DNA from: Symphorus nematophorus | Taxonomy: Eukaryota | Assembly: GCA_048128725.1 (NCBI GenBank) | Contig: CM107421.1 | Coordinates: forward strand, 11,914,777 to 11,978,776 | DNA: 64,000 nt | Reading direction: 5' to 3' | Shown: one piece after another, positions 61,701 through 64,000 of the stretch | Numbering within the stretch: position 1 is the first letter of the stretch | How the letters are laid out: the number at the start of each line of letters is the position of its first letter | Notes under the pieces: model-generated | What the model was told of the DNA's origin: nothing | Database searches by the model: none | Seen by the model: only the letters and a program-made list of their open reading frames with translations | Position numbers and translations under genes: made by a program

Positions 61701-64000
61701 GAAATAACATCTGCAGGCTGACATTAATACATGAATTTCATTGTTTAAAAAGCTTGTGTGAAGTGTGTGAACATGTAATGTGCGATTATTTTCAACCCCG
61801 TCATCTTTTACATTCTAAAATTCCAGGGACTTTTTCCAAATCTCACTTGCTTGACTGGGTGGATCAGAATGCCAATTACAACGCAGCCAAACAGCCACAC
61901 CTACAAACTGTGGTACATAACTAAAAACGTCTTGCTCTCTGTGACTAAAACAAAAGATAAGACATGTTGTGTGCTTTATCTGAGACGAACTTATTAGAGA
62001 TGTGCTGATCCAATACTCAGTATCAGTCTGATACTGGCCACAATCCCTGGATCGGATTTTTCTTTATTCTTTATTTGGATCCCCATTAACTTCCACAAAG
62101 TGCTCGCTGGACTTCCTGGGGTCCACAAAAACAATGAAAAGACGACAATTTAAACCCCCACAGAATCCATAGTACAAATGCAATAAAAGCCCAAAATCAA
62201 GATTAGAAAATAAGTGAAAGGACTCTACACATGAAGCAATAAATATCAGTAACCTATCACAGAAACAAAAACAGAATTGTCACAAAAAACAAATAAAAAC
62301 AGCAATAACCAACTAACATTAACATGTGATATTCCATGAAGAAGAACCTCTATAAAGAAAAAGCTGAATGAAGAAAAAGCAAAAACAGCTGAGTGCAATT
62401 TATGCATTTTGAGAAAAATTCATTTTGGATGTTTGAATGGTGCTGACCAATAAAAAAAAAATGCTGTTTTCTGTTTAAATATAAAGAAGCAGCAGTATGG
62501 CATAACTGAGTCATGCTGTGGGCCATGCATTTCTTCCTTCGTGTTTCACAGTTTGAGTACAACATTTTTAGATGGCTATGATAAGTGAATTTATACAAAC
62601 GTATTATTAACAGCTTGGTTATTTAAGAGAAAAGGCGGTGTTTAATTAGTATTGGCACATATTCAAGGTTGTGGTATCAGACATGAAAAAGTAGTATTGA
62701 GAACTTGAAGTATGTTGCAACTCATTTTGAACTTTCTCTCTGCTGGTTATCCATCATGGCTAAAAACATCACGTCTGCTTTTACTGTCGCCAGGGTAACA
62801 TTATCGTGGTGTGGAAGTGGGAGTGTGGATTTTGAAGTTTCAAGTGCTTGAATGCCCAATGACGACAAAAAAAAAAAAATCAGACAGGATCTTCTTCACT
62901 ATGATGGATTACCTAATCTTGGTAAATGTCAAGTCTCAGCAAGTTCGGTCTCATGCTGCACTGAAATTATAGGGAACCAGCGACTCCTTGGAAGTTGGGA
63001 AAGGCCAACAGTGTCGAGCATTACAGCACGCTTTGAAAATGAAAATTAGTAATAAATGGGCTGAAACGTGCATAAACACTTGTGGCGATTCATGGTTATT
63101 TCTTTTCCCTATAAGATTAAAAACGCTTTCACAAGTCTCTGATCTGGTAAATCTGCGACTGTGTCTTATTAAAATGTAATGATGCAGTAATTTTCACACT
63201 TGTGAAAGCTGCGGCGGAAAATATTCACACCATTTATTTGCAAAATAAATTGTTAAGCGGACAGAAACACTCAAACTGTTAATATTTTCTTTTGCTGCAT
63301 AATGTGAACAGATTTTCACTCTTATGCTGCATTTATCCATTTTATCTCATGTTAAAAATAATGATTCTTAATGACATTGCTGACACCTTCTGGTCGCCTG
63401 GTCGTTATGTTCTTGATGCTAATGTTACTTTCATGAGGAGAAAAGCGCTTTTTAATCCATTATTTTTAGGGGCAGGAGGGATGTATGCAGACCTGATGTG
63501 CTTACTGAACATTAACCCTGCTCCAAACTAATTGACACCATGTAAAATTACCAGCAACAAATTGGGCTCAACAATAAGGACTGCCCACTTGCCCTTGAAA
63601 AGTAAACATTTTTCCCAATTTTATGACATTTTATAGACATTGATTAATCATGACTAATTAACTTTAGTCTTTGTTCTTATTTGATAACTGCTAATAAATA
63701 GAACAATTTGTAAAAGGGCAAGTAAAAGTTGACTTTGGTCAGGCAGATTTCTGACCCACTGGCCCGAGCAGGCAATAAAATAAACATTAACATTGAGCCC
63801 TGGTGGATGAGGTTTATTATTGATGACAATGTGTGTGTGCGATTTGTAATATTACTCTGAAGGGCTACTTTATAACCGTTCAAGCTCAACGATGGATCGA
63901 TACTGGCTGTCTGTACCCTGACTTCAATCTCGAAAGCTGTAAATTTTGCCATGTTTTATGCTGTTTTAGTGTTATTTTGTAGGTTAGCCTGTTGACTTTG

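Noticed and set aside
1-64000. A prokaryotic reading of the window as operons, a defence island, CRISPR or prophage
   Set aside because: Coding sequence is split by GT-AG introns with polypyrimidine tracts. Vertebrate orthologues (PARP2, METTL17, TMBIM) align exon by exon. Vertebrate-type microsatellites and a vertebrate tRNA-Ala are present. I found no Shine-Dalgarno spacing, no CRISPR repeats and no long uninterrupted gene rows. The long ORF-track ORFs are either real exons or low-complexity artefacts.

Overview
This is vertebrate nuclear DNA, most likely teleost, and not prokaryotic: genes are split by GT-AG introns, (CA)n, (AT)n and (CCA)n microsatellites are present, and a canonical vertebrate tRNA-Ala(AGC) is present. 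Positions 1 to about 16876 are a head-to-tail macrosatellite of units about 3.83 kb long. The window shows one partial copy at its left edge, three full copies, and a terminal copy carrying a 1.1 kb internal deletion. Each unit carries an intact minus-strand ORF of 245 or 246 aa that I do not recognise. The predicted protein has an acidic Ser/Glu-rich N-terminus, a basic helical middle and a hydrophobic segment at the extreme C-terminus, so it looks tail-anchored. Each unit also carries a variable (CA)n tract. This is the most unusual structure in the window; it is analogous to a D4Z4/DUX4-type array in which every repeat unit carries a gene. Downstream of the array lies conserved synteny with human 14q11.2. 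mettl17 (minus strand, 14 coding exons, about 18390..24941) sits head-to-head with parp2 (plus strand, 17 coding exons, 25775..37965). They share an 830 bp CpG-rich bidirectional promoter carrying TCTCGCGAGA and NRF1-type motifs. The parp2 model includes an in-frame 210 nt exon encoding a WWE domain that mammalian PARP2 lacks, and one GC-AG intron. A TMBIM/Lifeguard-family 7-TM gene (minus strand, 5 coding exons, 39888..47341; GRINA/TMBIM1-like) converges tail-to-tail on parp2. A 110 bp frame-preserving duplicate of its first coding exon and donor site lies 3 kb upstream. A tRNA-Ala(AGC) gene lies at 53547..53619, next to a 1.1 kb element with roughly 100 bp terminal inverted repeats. Other features are several copies of a roughly 300 bp MITE with TAGGGCTGCAACGATTAATCG-type ends, a minisatellite flanking one TMBIM exon in both adjacent introns, and a perfect 22 bp-arm palindrome. 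All coordinates come from manual reading. Exon ends anchored on the ORF track are reliable; other exon ends may be off by one or two bases.
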